Positions 1 to 9,451 of a DNA stretch of 64,000 nucleotides are shown here, piece by piece (the stretch's first letter is position 1; each line of letters opens with the position of its first letter). The DNA is from Pseudomonadota bacterium (lineage in GTDB: Bacteria; Pseudomonadota; Alphaproteobacteria; Rhizobiales; Beijerinckiaceae). The DNA lies in the NCBI GenBank assembly GCA_021813805.1, contig JAKAJL010000009.1:27594-91593 (forward strand), read 5' to 3'. Below the pieces are notes generated by a model. It saw only the letters and a list, made by a program, of their open reading frames with translations. It was not told where the DNA came from and ran no database searches. Position numbers and translations under genes: made by a program.

Positions 1-480
1 GGCCCGCTTATCACGCCGAAGGCGTTGGAAAAAGTCGAGGCGCATATTGCCGATGCTTTGGCCAAGGGCGCGCGGGCGCTGGTCGGCGGCAAGCGACATC
101 AGCTTGGCGGCACATTCTTCGAGCCGACGGTCCTGGTCGATGTGGCTCCCCATATGCGCGTGGCGCGGGAGGAGACCTTCGGGCCGCTCGCGCCCTTGTT
201 CAGGTTCAAGAACGAGGCGGATGTCATCGCGCAGGCCAACGCCACCCAATATGGCCTCGCCTCCTATTTTTATGCCCGCGATCTGGGCCGCGTGTTCCGT
301 GTCGCTGAAGCCCTCGAATGCGGGATGGTCGGCGTCAACGTCGGTCTTTTCACGACCGAACTCGCGCCGTTTGGCGGCGTCAAAGAATCCGGCCTCGGCC
401 GCGAAGGTTCGCACCACGGCGTCGATGAATTCGTCGAGATCAAATACGTTCTTCTCGGGGGCCTGGGCGCGCAACTTTAG
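1..480 (+). CDS. gabD: NAD(P)+-dependent succinate-semialdehyde/aldehyde dehydrogenase, C-terminal part (5' end lies outside the window)
   Basis: The frame is open from base 1. The C-terminus ...[13 protein letters not shown]...[27 protein letters not shown] parallels the C-terminal end of E. coli GabD ([20 protein letters not shown]) as I recall it. Confidence 0.85.
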   Translation, partial: [159 protein letters not shown]

Positions 481-576
481 AGCCGCTCTCGATCAGTCGA
501 TCGTTATCCATTGCAATGTCTCGCAGCGACCCGAGGCGAGCGAGACGTTCAGTCGCGTGGCAAGAGGGAGTCGACC

Positions 577-2142
577 ATGTCGCAGCTTCGCCCGATCTCG
601 CCGTCTTCCCGATCCGACGACGCCGTCGCGTCCTATTTCGGCGCCAAGTCGCCTTGGACGCCGATCAGCCGGCGCCCCTGCCATGCGACGGCGCAAAGCT
701 CCCAGAGTTCCCTTGAGGAATTCGCCGCGGCGGGGCGTCCTTCGATCTTCGGGGCGGCTCGCCAATCGACGGCCTTCGCCCAGGCCGCATTTTCTCTGGC
801 CGCCGCGGGTTCCGACATCCTCGTCATCATGGTCTGCGCCATGATCGCGGGAGCGATTTGTTCGTTCGCCTTCGAAAGCCCGCAGGCCGTCACATCTATG
901 GCTGGGGTCGGGAGCATGGCGGCGGCGATGTTTCTCGTCGTGAATTCGGCGCGGACGGAATATCGATTCGATAATTTCCTGAAAGGGGCAGGGCAGGCCA
1001 GGCGTTGCGCCACGCTGTGGACGCTGACGTTCCTTTGCCTTTTGGCGTTCGGATTCCTCGCCGCTGTCAAGGACCATGATTCGCGCGTCGCCATGCCCAT
1101 CTTTTTCATCGTCGGCATTTGCGCCTTGATCGCCGCGCGGATCGGCGCGACCCGACTTGCGCGAAAATATTCGGGTCGAGGCAGCGCCCTCGCGCGTCGC
1201 GTGTTTGTTGTGGGCTATGCGGACGAGATCAAATCCTTTCGGACGCGCCATGAAGCGTCGACGTACGGATTGGAGATCGTCGCCGCCTTCCCGTTGCGAC
1301 CGCATGGACAGACGCCGCGGGATATCGAGGTCGCGGCGGCGCGGGCCCGCGCGCTTCGGCCCGACGACGTCTTGATCATCGTTCCATGGACGCACAAAAG
1401 AACAATCGACGCATGCGTCGAAGTTTTCCGGACATTGCCGGTCGCAATCCATCTTGGCGCGGAGGCTGTCTTGTCGCGCCATGCCGACGCGCGTATCTCC
1501 GAAATCGGGGGCGTTCTCAGCTTGAGCGTCGCGCGACGGCCGCTGTCGAGCGGCGAACTGGCGTTGAAGCGTCTGCTCGATCTCGTCGGAGCGGGCGCGA
1601 GCCTGGTCGCCCTAGCCCCCTTATTCATTCTGGTGGCGTTGATCATCAGGCTCGATAGTCCGGGGCCGGCGTTCTTTCTGCAGCGGCGTTACGGCTTCAA
1701 CCGGGAACCCTTCCGCATCCTGAAATTCAGAACGATGACGACGATGGAAGACGGTCCATGCGTCATCCCGGCGCAGCGCAACGATCCGCGAGTCACACGC
1801 GTCGGACGTTGGTTGCGGCGCTACAACATCGACGAGCTTCCTCAACTCGTGAATGTTCTGCGCGGGGAAATGTCATTGGTGGGCCCGCGACCGCATGCGT
1901 CTTCCCACGACGAGGCATTCGAGATTTTGATCGCGTCCTACGCGCGGCGCTACAACATGAAGCCGGGCATAACCGGGTGGGCGCAGGTGAACGGATTTCG
2001 CGGCGAGATCAGAACGGAAGACGACATTCTCCGTCGCGTCGAGCATGATCTTTTCTATCTCGATAACTGGTCCATCTGGCTCGATTTCGAATGCGTTTGT
2101 CGAACGGTTTGCTCCGCAAGGGCTTATCTCAACGCCTATTGA
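577..2142 (+). CDS. polyprenyl-phosphate hexose-1-phosphate transferase (bacterial sugar transferase family; EPS/O-antigen priming enzyme, WbaP/ExoY-like)
   Basis: The C-terminal catalytic region carries the family signature PGPAFFLQRRYGFNREPFRILKFRTM ... DPRVTRVGRWLRRYNIDELPQLVNVLRGEMSLVGPRP. The N-terminal half has hydrophobic helices. ATG 577 follows GAGGGAG (564-570). The ORF is open from 511, so the start is uncertain. Confidence 0.85.
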   Translation: MSQLRPISPSSRSDDAVASYFGAKSPWTPISRRPCHATAQSSQSSLEEFAAAGRPSIFGAARQSTAFAQAAFSLAAAGSDILVIMVCAMIAGAICSFAFESPQAVTSMAGVGSMAAAMFLVVNSARTEYRFDNFLKGAGQARRCATLWTLTFLCLLAFGFLAAVKDHDSRVAMPIFFIVGICALIAARIGATRLARKYSGRGSALARRVFVVGYADEIKSFRTRHEASTYGLEIVAAFPLRPHGQTPRDIEVAAARARALRPDDVLIIVPWTHKRTIDACVEVFRTLPVAIHLGAEAVLSRHADARISEIGGVLSLSVARRPLSSGELALKRLLDLVGAGASLVALAPLFILVALIIRLDSPGPAFFLQRRYGFNREPFRILKFRTMTTMEDGPCVIPAQRNDPRVTRVGRWLRRYNIDELPQLVNVLRGEMSLVGPRPHASSHDEAFEILIASYARRYNMKPGITGWAQVNGFRGEIRTEDDILRRVEHDLFYLDNWSIWLDFECVCRTVCSARAYLNAY

Positions 2143-2250
2143 ACGGAAAAAGTCTTGAATCGCCTGAACCCCTGATCGTCTCGCGCCGCATTCGCGCGGC
2201 GCGGCGGAGAGAAAACTCGCCCGGAACCACTAAGCCCCACGGGCGAGTCA

Positions 2251-2293
2251 GATTCCCGGTTTTTTCCCCCCCCCAAAAAAAAAACCGGGAATC
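2251..2293. repeat. perfect 15-bp inverted repeat (GATTCCCGGTTTTTT / AAAAAACCGGGAATC) around a C9A4 loop; overall a T6-C9-A10 homopolymer block
   Basis: Read directly: 2251-2265 is the exact reverse complement of 2279-2293. It lies in the spacer between the sugar transferase stop (2142) and the glmM start (2381). Confidence 0.9.
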
Positions 2294-2380
2294 GCCCATT
2301 GCGATGCGCATCCATGCCTTTCAGGAGGCATTTGCGCGGACTGTTCGGACATGCGTTGACTTGAAGGGAGGCTCCCCGAG

Positions 2381-3718
2381 ATGAACCGCAAAATTTTTGG
2401 CACAGATGGAATTCGCGGTCTCGCGAACAAGGCGATCACGCCGGAACTGGCCCTGAAAGTCGGGCAGGCGGCCGGAATCGCATTGCAGCATGGCGATCAT
2501 CGCAACCGTGTGGTGATCGGAAAGGACACGCGCCTTTCCGGCTACATGATCGAATATGCGCTGGTCGCGGGCTTCACCTCGGTTGGGATGGATGTGTTGC
2601 TGCTTGGCCCGATTCCCACGCCGGCGGTGGCCATGCTGACGCGGTCGATGCGCGCCGATCTTGGCGTGATGATCTCCGCCTCGCACAATCCTTTCGAAGA
2701 TAATGGCGTCAAACTCTTCGGGCCACAGGGGTATAAGCTGTCCGACGAGGTCGAGGAACGGATCGAGCGCCTGCTGGCCTCCGACCTCGCGTCGAAATTG
2801 GCAAGACCGGCCGATTTGGGACGGGCGCGCCGGGTCGACGACGTCCGGGCGCGCTATACCGAATATGTGAAGCACACTTTGCCCCGCAACCTTTCGTTCG
2901 ATGGGCTGCGAGTTGTTGTCGATTGCGCCAATGGAGCGGCCTACAAGGTCGCGCCGGAGGCGCTATGGGAATTGGGCGCAGAGGTGTTTTCGATCGGCGT
3001 CGAACCGGAGGGAACGAATATCAATCGCGACGTCGGATCGACCGCGCCGGCTACCCTGGCCGCGAGAGTACGGGAGTTGCGCGCCGACATAGGCATCGCG
3101 CTCGATGGCGATGCCGACAGGGTCCTGATCGTGGACGAACATGGGAGCCTCGTCGACGGAGATCAGTTGATGGCGCTTGTGGCGCAGACTTGGCACGAAG
3201 ATGGCCGGCTGTCGCAACCGGGGATCGTGGCGACGATCATGTCCAATTTTGGCCTGGAGCGCTTTCTCGGCGCGATCGGGCTGTCCCTCGCGCGCACCCC
3301 CGTCGGCGACCGCTATGTGCTCGAATATATGCGCACGCATGGATATAATGTCGGTGGGGAACAATCCGGCCACATGATCCTGTCCGATTATTGCACCACC
3401 GGCGACGGCCTGATCGCCGCCTTGCAGGTGATGGCCGTCATCAAGCGGCGGGAAAAGCCGGTGAGCGAAGTTTGCCATGCCTTCGAACCGTTTCCGCAAA
3501 TCCTGAAAAACGTCCGCTTCAAGGGCGCCGCGCCGCTCGAGAAGGCCGCCGTGACCAAGGCGATCCGGTCCGCTCGCGAAATGCTTGGCGTCGAAGGTCG
3601 GCTCGTTGTCCGTCCGTCGGGCACGGAGCCCGTCATCCGGGTGATGGCGGAAGGCAGCGACCTCGCGCTTGTCGAACGCATCGTCGACGATGTCTGCGAC
3701 GCCGTGGGCGCGCGATAA
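2381..3718 (+). CDS. glmM: phosphoglucosamine mutase
   Basis: Full-length 445 aa. The N-terminus is [13 protein letters not shown], the phosphoserine loop is [15 protein letters not shown], and the whole protein has a typical GlmM layout. Confidence 0.95.
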   Translation: MNRKIFGTDGIRGLANKAITPELALKVGQAAGIALQHGDHRNRVVIGKDTRLSGYMIEYALVAGFTSVGMDVLLLGPIPTPAVAMLTRSMRADLGVMISASHNPFEDNGVKLFGPQGYKLSDEVEERIERLLASDLASKLARPADLGRARRVDDVRARYTEYVKHTLPRNLSFDGLRVVVDCANGAAYKVAPEALWELGAEVFSIGVEPEGTNINRDVGSTAPATLAARVRELRADIGIALDGDADRVLIVDEHGSLVDGDQLMALVAQTWHEDGRLSQPGIVATIMSNFGLERFLGAIGLSLARTPVGDRYVLEYMRTHGYNVGGEQSGHMILSDYCTTGDGLIAALQVMAVIKRREKPVSEVCHAFEPFPQILKNVRFKGAAPLEKAAVTKAIRSAREMLGVEGRLVVRPSGTEPVIRVMAEGSDLALVERIVDDVCDAVGAR

Positions 3719-3895
3719 ATCCCGGCGCAGAAGTCGAGAATCCCGCGCTCGTTACTCGCTTTCGGCGCCGCCTGACCTCTCGGTCCGACATGCCGACCGA
3801 GAATGCGCCGATCGACGACTTTCGTTCCCGCCTTGCGTCGCGGCCAGGAGTTGAGCCAGGCTCAGGGAAAGCCGGAAGATCAATTCAGGAACGCG

Positions 3896-5605
3896 ATGAC
3901 CATGGCTTCGAACGCCGACCCCCGTACGGGCGGACAGATCCTCGTCGATCAACTCGTCGCGCAAGGCGTCGAGAACGTCTTCTGTGTTCCGGGGGAATCC
4001 TATCTATCCGTGCTGGATGCGCTTTACGACGCCCCGATCGCGCTGACCGTTTGCCGCCAGGAAACCGGCGCCGGAATCATGGCGGAAGCCGCGGGCAGGC
4101 TGAGCGGGCGACCGGGGATTTTCTTCGTCACCCGCGGTCCAGGCGCGACAAATGCGGCGCACGCCATCCATATCGCCGACCAGGCCGGCACGCCGGTCAT
4201 CCTGTTCATCGGCCAGATCGGGCGCGGCATGCGCGAACGTGACGCTTTCCAGGAAATGGACTATCGGGCGTTTTTTGGATCGACGACGAAATGGGCGACC
4301 GAAATCGATGACGCCAGACGCATTCCGGAACTGGTGTCCCGCGCCTTTCACATCGCCCAGCAAGGCCGCCCCGGGCCGGTCGTCATCGCCCTCCCGGAGG
4401 ATATGTTGCAGGAGAAGGCCGCAGTCGCTGACGCGCCTCGCGTCGATCCTGTCGAGATCTGGCCGGGATGGCCCCAGATTCGCGCGTTGGAAAAGCTGTT
4501 CCATGACGCGGAAAGGCCGATGATGATTGTCGGCGGCTCCGGCTGGAGCGAGGCTGGCGCGGCGGCGATCACCCGTTTCGCCGAACGCTTTGAACTGCCG
4601 ACGGCTGCTTCGTTTCGCCGTGCGACGCTGATCCCGAACCATCATGACTGTTATGCGGGCGAACTCGGCATCGGCGCGAATCCGAAGTTGCGGAACCGGG
4701 TCGAGCGCGCCGACTTGATCTTGCTGGTCGGCGGGCGCATGGGCGATATTCCCTCGCAGGGATATGAATTGCTCGACGTCCCGAAACCTCGACAGACGCT
4801 CGTGCATGTTCACGCGCATTCCGGTGAGATCGGCCGCGTGTATCATCCCGATCTCGGGATTGTGGCGACCCCCAACGCCTTCTCCGCCACCCTCGAAAAG
4901 CTGCCGCCGCCCTCGCCATGTCGGTGGGCCGACGAACGTGAAATGGCGCGCCAAGATTACCTCGAATGGACGAAAGAGCCCGCGCCGGGACCGGGTCCGA
5001 CGCAGCTGGGCGAAATTTTCATCTGGTTGCGCGACAGGATGCCTGCCGATGCGATCGTCACCAACGGCGCAGGAAATTTTGCATTGTGGGTTGGACGCTA
5101 TCTGCGGTTCGGGCGTTTTGGAACCCATCTTGGCCCGGTGTCGGGCTCGATGGGTTACGGCCTGCCCGCAGCCGTGGGCGCCCAAAGGCTGCATCCTGAT
5201 CGTTTGGTCGTCTGCTTCTGCGGCGATGGTGATTTCTTGATGAACGGGCAAGAATTCGCCACGGCCGTCCAGTATGACCTACCCATCGTGGTCGCGGTGA
5301 TCGACAACGGCATGTATGGCACGATCCGTATGCATCAGGAACGGCGATACCCCGGGCGGGTCTGCGGAACGAGCCTGCGCAATCCCGATTTCGCCGCCTA
5401 CGCCAGGGCTTTCGGCGGGCATGGCGAAATCGTCGAAAAGACCGCCGATTTCCCCGCGGCCTTTGAGCGCTGCCGCTCGACCGGGAAGCCGTCGATCATT
5501 CATATCAAGGTGGATCCCGATGCGATCACCCCGAGCATGACGCTTTCGGGCTTGCGCGCGGCCGCCGAAACGCGCCGGCGCCTTCCGTCAAACGAGGCGG
5601 GCTGA
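3896..5605 (+). CDS. thiamine-pyrophosphate-dependent enzyme, acetolactate-synthase-like (substrate unknown)
   Basis: The N-terminal TPP-enzyme domain reads LVAQGVENVFCVPGESYLSVLDAL, and the C-terminal TPP-binding motif reads CFCGDGDFLMNGQE...NGMYGTI. ATG 3896 was chosen; the ORF is open from 3803. Confidence 0.85.
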   Translation: MTMASNADPRTGGQILVDQLVAQGVENVFCVPGESYLSVLDALYDAPIALTVCRQETGAGIMAEAAGRLSGRPGIFFVTRGPGATNAAHAIHIADQAGTPVILFIGQIGRGMRERDAFQEMDYRAFFGSTTKWATEIDDARRIPELVSRAFHIAQQGRPGPVVIALPEDMLQEKAAVADAPRVDPVEIWPGWPQIRALEKLFHDAERPMMIVGGSGWSEAGAAAITRFAERFELPTAASFRRATLIPNHHDCYAGELGIGANPKLRNRVERADLILLVGGRMGDIPSQGYELLDVPKPRQTLVHVHAHSGEIGRVYHPDLGIVATPNAFSATLEKLPPPSPCRWADEREMARQDYLEWTKEPAPGPGPTQLGEIFIWLRDRMPADAIVTNGAGNFALWVGRYLRFGRFGTHLGPVSGSMGYGLPAAVGAQRLHPDRLVVCFCGDGDFLMNGQEFATAVQYDLPIVVAVIDNGMYGTIRMHQERRYPGRVCGTSLRNPDFAAYARAFGGHGEIVEKTADFPAAFERCRSTGKPSIIHIKVDPDAITPSMTLSGLRAAAETRRRLPSNEAG

Positions 5606-5760
5606 TGCTGATCCTTCCTTCAATTCCGCGGCCTCGCCCCCCCGCGGCGTCATCGACTCGTTCGATGAACGCCGCGACGCTCGCGCGGCTTTGAGCCGGC
5701 AGTCGCTTTACGACGAGAATGGGCAAGCGCCGGCGTAGTCTCTTATCAGGCGCGGCGCCT

Positions 5761-6089
5761 TCCTCGTTCGATCCCGATTTATGGCCCTAATGGCTTATCA
5801 GGCTATTATCTATCAAACATCCACGCATAATTCTCACGAATTGTGAACAGTTATGTATATAATTTACCACCCTCGCCATCATTTCATGCATAAATATACT
5901 TTATACCAGATATTTAGCCACACTTTTTCCGCTAATGCCGTCATACGTATAACTACGTAAACAATTTATTTAAAAAAAATTTATTGTGCTTTTGAACGAA
6001 AGCGGCTAAGGCTTATGCATTGTAATTAGGTGAACCCATAACGTCTAAGCGTTCATAAGAAACGCTCAGAATGTTCAGGGAGTTTCGCA
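5761..6089. promoter_or_regulatory. AT-rich intergenic block upstream of the LuxR-type regulator (probable promoter and nucleoid-protein target region)
   Basis: I counted 82 G+C in 5821-6060 (240 nt, about 34%), against 65-77% in normal coding blocks. It contains an A8 run (5972-5979) and the 8-mer AATTTATT twice (5963 and 5978). Confidence 0.5.
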
Positions 6090-6773
6090 ATGGCGGCGAG
6101 TTATCATGAGCACTACGTAGATTCACGTATATCGCCTGCGGGGAGGGCCTCTATTCCGGATCCGTTACCGACAGTAGATTGTCCAACCCTTGGGGAAACA
6201 TTACTCGACGCGCTTGATCGTGTCGGCTATGGCGGACTCGTTGTCGACGGTCAGGGAAATGTGAACGCAATCAACCTTGTCGGCCGCCGTCTTCTCGAAC
6301 ACATCATGAATCGCCCCCCGTCCTCGAAGGCGGAGGAGGCCGAGTGGCTCAGCCAATCCGTGCGACGCTTGCAGAATCGAGCGACGCCGTGGTTCCCCCG
6401 CGATACCGAAGCGTGGACGACGATATCCGGCGCAGGCGATTTCGGCGTCAACGAAAGACCTCTGGCCTTTTATCGCGTTCCTTTGGCCGAAGGCTCCGGC
6501 CGCAACCGGGCGGCCCTCTTCATCCTGGCTGATTTCGGCTCCATCCCGCAGCCCAATCCGGCGGCGCTGCGACGCATATTCGGACTGACGGCCGCCGAAG
6601 CGAAAGTCGCCGTTCAGATCGGACGGGGCGACATGCTTTCGGACATCGCCAACGAACAAAATGTCTCCATTGCGACCGTGCGATCGCAACTCGCCTCAGT
6701 CTTCGCGAAAACGCAGACGCGCCGACAAACTGAACTCGCGATGCTGTTGGCTCGAATCGCGATCCTGCCCTGA
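6090..6773 (+). CDS. LuxR/FixJ-family helix-turn-helix transcriptional regulator with an unidentified N-terminal sensor domain
   Basis: The C-terminal HTH reads LTAAEAKVAVQIGRGDMLSDIANEQNVSIATVRSQLASVFAKTQTRRQTELAMLLARI. ATG 6090 is preceded by GGGAG. Confidence 0.8.
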   Translation: MAASYHEHYVDSRISPAGRASIPDPLPTVDCPTLGETLLDALDRVGYGGLVVDGQGNVNAINLVGRRLLEHIMNRPPSSKAEEAEWLSQSVRRLQNRATPWFPRDTEAWTTISGAGDFGVNERPLAFYRVPLAEGSGRNRAALFILADFGSIPQPNPAALRRIFGLTAAEAKVAVQIGRGDMLSDIANEQNVSIATVRSQLASVFAKTQTRRQTELAMLLARIAILP

Positions 6774-6780
6774 AACCGAG

Positions 6781-7395
6781 ATGCATGCATTGCGGCGCGA
6801 ATTGGCGCCTGGGGAGCGGGCCATGCCAGCGAATGAACGTTGTTTGTCGACATTGGGCGCATCGTGGGCTCCCGCCACGGATTACGCCCTGAATGGCGGG
6901 GAGCGGTGGTATGTCGTTCACACCCAAGCTCAGCGCGAGACCACGGCGCAGGCGCAGCTTGGCCTTCAAGGCTTTCGCTCCTTCATGCCACGCTATGAGA
7001 AGACGGTGCGGCATGCGCGCAAGCTGACGAGGACACGCGCGCCCCTGTTTCCTCGCTACGTCTTCATCATTCTCGACATCGACCGTCAGCCCTGGCACAG
7101 CGTGAATGGCACGATAGGCGTCGTCAGTCTGCTGATGTCGCGCGACCGGCCGTTGGCGGCGCCCACGGGCGTGGTCGAGGCGCTGATCGCGATGAGTTCG
7201 AACGACAAGGAACAACTCTTCCTTCCAAAGCTGACGCCAGGTCAGAAAGTTCGTCTGGTCGCGGGGCCGTTCGCCGAACAGCTTGGCGTGCTGGAACAGT
7301 TCGACGATCGCGGCAGGGTCCGCGTCCTGTTGGAAATGATGGGCGCCTGGTATCCTGTTTGTGTGCCTTGTAGCGACGTGCTTCCCGTCGCTTAG
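6781..7395 (+). CDS. NusG/RfaH-family transcription antitermination paralog (NGN + KOW)
   Basis: The NGN-like region reads RWYVVHTQAQRE...FMPRYEK...PLFPRYVFIILD...NGTIGVVSLL. The KOW-like region reads LTPGQKVRLVAGPFAEQLGVLEQFDDRGRVRVLLEMMG. Alternative starts are ATG 6781 or ATG 6823. It is not in the secE-nusG-rplK context expected for housekeeping nusG. Confidence 0.75.
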   Translation: MHALRRELAPGERAMPANERCLSTLGASWAPATDYALNGGERWYVVHTQAQRETTAQAQLGLQGFRSFMPRYEKTVRHARKLTRTRAPLFPRYVFIILDIDRQPWHSVNGTIGVVSLLMSRDRPLAAPTGVVEALIAMSSNDKEQLFLPKLTPGQKVRLVAGPFAEQLGVLEQFDDRGRVRVLLEMMGAWYPVCVPCSDVLPVA

Positions 7396-7562
7396 GGTCG
7401 ATTTCGATGCGAATGGCTCGATTTCCATGACCATCGGCGCGCCCTGTTCACGCGCCGTTCCCGGCGCGCGACTCGATCGGCGGCCATTCATTTTGCTGCG
7501 ATACGAGATTTAAGCTCAGAAAACGGAGCGCAGAGGGAGCATCGGCGCCTGGGAGGTGAAAT

Positions 7563-8339
7563 ATGCAACCTTACGCCAAGAAACTCACGCGTTCAGTCTC
7601 GATGTTTGTCCCTTCGCTTCGCGAGACGAGGGTCGCCGCCCAAATAGCGATGATCGAACTGCTGCGACGGCCATGGCGTCCGGACGTGGCGGCGGTCGGC
7701 GGACTCATCGAGGAAGAGCCTCTCATCCTTGACGTTGGAGCAAATCGCGGCTTATCGGTCGCCAGTTTGCTCATGTTGAAGCCAAAAGCGCAAATAGTCG
7801 CATTCGAACCGCTTGCAGATCTCGCCAATCAGCTTAAGTCAAAATATAAAGATCATGCGAATGTCCGCATATATTCATATGCGCTTAGCATCGATGAAGC
7901 TACCACGAATATCTATATACCTATTTATCGAGGATGCGTCATGGATACTCTCGCTGCCTTAAAACGCGAGGATGCTGAAGACTGGATTAATCAAGACAGG
8001 GTGCTTTGGTTCAATAGGGACAAGTTGACGGTAAAGCATCAGGAAGTGCATGCGATGCGGCTGGATGATATGCATTTCGAACCTCATATTATAAAAATAT
8101 ACGCTCAATCTCATGAGCCTAAGGTGATTGCTGGAGGAGAGCAGACGATCAAAAAAAACGAGCCGGCAATACTTGTTCCTGCCCGGATTCCTGAAATCGA
8201 CGGCCGACTGAGGGATCTCGGTTATGGGAGATACGCTTTTCATGACGGAACATTCTACGCCGAGGGTGAGGGTAAATACTCCTCGTGGTACCTTAAACCT
8301 AAACACAGAGATCAGTTCATTTATCGGTGGGTGACATGA
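7563..8339 (+). CDS. FkbM-family methyltransferase
   Basis: The SAM-binding start reads LILDVGANRGLSVASL...QIVAFEPL, and the C-terminal family motif reads IIKIYAQSHEPKVIAGGEQTIKKNEPAILVP. An RBS GGGAGG lies before the ATG. G+C is markedly low: 23/60 in both 7861-7920 and 8041-8100. Confidence 0.8.
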   Translation: MQPYAKKLTRSVSMFVPSLRETRVAAQIAMIELLRRPWRPDVAAVGGLIEEEPLILDVGANRGLSVASLLMLKPKAQIVAFEPLADLANQLKSKYKDHANVRIYSYALSIDEATTNIYIPIYRGCVMDTLAALKREDAEDWINQDRVLWFNRDKLTVKHQEVHAMRLDDMHFEPHIIKIYAQSHEPKVIAGGEQTIKKNEPAILVPARIPEIDGRLRDLGYGRYAFHDGTFYAEGEGKYSSWYLKPKHRDQFIYRWVT

Positions 8340-8383
8340 AGTTTAACGTGCTTCCGTTGCGTAGCGCTTAGCCCCAAGGACTG

Positions 8384-9451
8384 TCACGTTTGTTGTTTTA
8401 GATACGCCTCGCGGATTCTTTGGGACTGCTCGTCATAGAGAAACGTGATGAAGGCATAACGCCGGCCGACGGTCACGGGCATCACCTCATGCAAAAGAGA
8501 GCACGAGAAAACAATGGCGTCGCCCGGGTCGGTTCTGTATGTCTGATCGCCGAATTCGGGAAAGCGCAAACGCCCGCCTTCGAAGTTATCGTTCAAGATG
8601 ATGCTCAGGGCAAAGCGGCGGTGAGCGACAGGCGGGGCCGTATTGTCGCGGTGCGGACGAAAATAGCCGCCAGCGCCGGCGTCATAGCAGCCGACGAGAT
8701 AACGCTCGATGCGCGTCGTGGGAAACTGGAAGGCGCGATAGACCATGGGCAACAGCCGACGCTCAAGCGTTTCCCGGCATGTTTTCAGCGCATCGCTATC
8801 AACGATATAATGGTCAAGGCGTTTGCGGAACGTGGGGTCAAACCGTTCGATTTTACCGTCCTTTTTGGTGAAGCCAAAGTCCCTTCCGCCGTCCGAATCA
8901 TAGATGTCGATCAGTCGCTGACAGAACGCGGCATCGAAAACGCCAGGAACGATCAGGATGGGAGCGTGCTCGCCGCCGGGAGGCCGGGCGAGAACCTGAG
9001 CCAGCAGCGATATCGACTGCCGAACGAATTCCCCGGCGCCATCGAATGGGATGACGTGCAGGATCCGTTGAGTGGCGCTGAGCAGAAACGCTGTGGGGCG
9101 AACGGCGCGCGCCGGCGTTGTGGCGAGCGCTAGTCCGTATCGTGCGGCGACATCGCCGTTCGGATCCAGCAGGTAGATTTGGCCGGCTCTCTTCGGCAGG
9201 CGTTCCAGCCTGAAATCGTCGGGATCGCCGCCAATTCCAATGAAGAGCGCGCGTTCGCCGTCGAAAATCGTTTCGTCTGGATCGAGCGAGGCGAGGGTTT
9301 CCGCGACCCCCGGCGCGCCGCCAGAGCCGAAGAAAAACAACAGGATCGGGCGGCCCGCCAATTCGTCAAAAATGACTGAGCGGTCGTCGCTGCTGCCGAG
9401 CGCCGGAAACCAGGGCGCTGGATCGCCGACATCGAGAGGAAAGCGCGCCAT
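8384..9451 (-). CDS. fusion protein: N-terminal thioredoxin-fold (AhpC/TSA/redoxin-like, no CxxC seen) + C-terminal 2OG-Fe(II) oxygenase (prolyl-4-hydroxylase-like)
   Basis: The N-terminus VGDPAPWFPALGSSDDRSVIFDELAGRPILLFFFGS resembles redoxin N-termini but lacks the catalytic Cys. The C-terminus YFRPHRDN...RFALSIILND...GGRLRFPE...GDAIVFSCSLLHEVMPVTVGRRYAFITF has the HxD...H...R pattern of 2OG oxygenases. Confidence 0.75.
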   Translation of the reverse strand: MARFPLDVGDPAPWFPALGSSDDRSVIFDELAGRPILLFFFGSGGAPGVAETLASLDPDETIFDGERALFIGIGGDPDDFRLERLPKRAGQIYLLDPNGDVAARYGLALATTPARAVRPTAFLLSATQRILHVIPFDGAGEFVRQSISLLAQVLARPPGGEHAPILIVPGVFDAAFCQRLIDIYDSDGGRDFGFTKKDGKIERFDPTFRKRLDHYIVDSDALKTCRETLERRLLPMVYRAFQFPTTRIERYLVGCYDAGAGGYFRPHRDNTAPPVAHRRFALSIILNDNFEGGRLRFPEFGDQTYRTDPGDAIVFSCSLLHEVMPVTVGRRYAFITFLYDEQSQRIREAYLKQQT

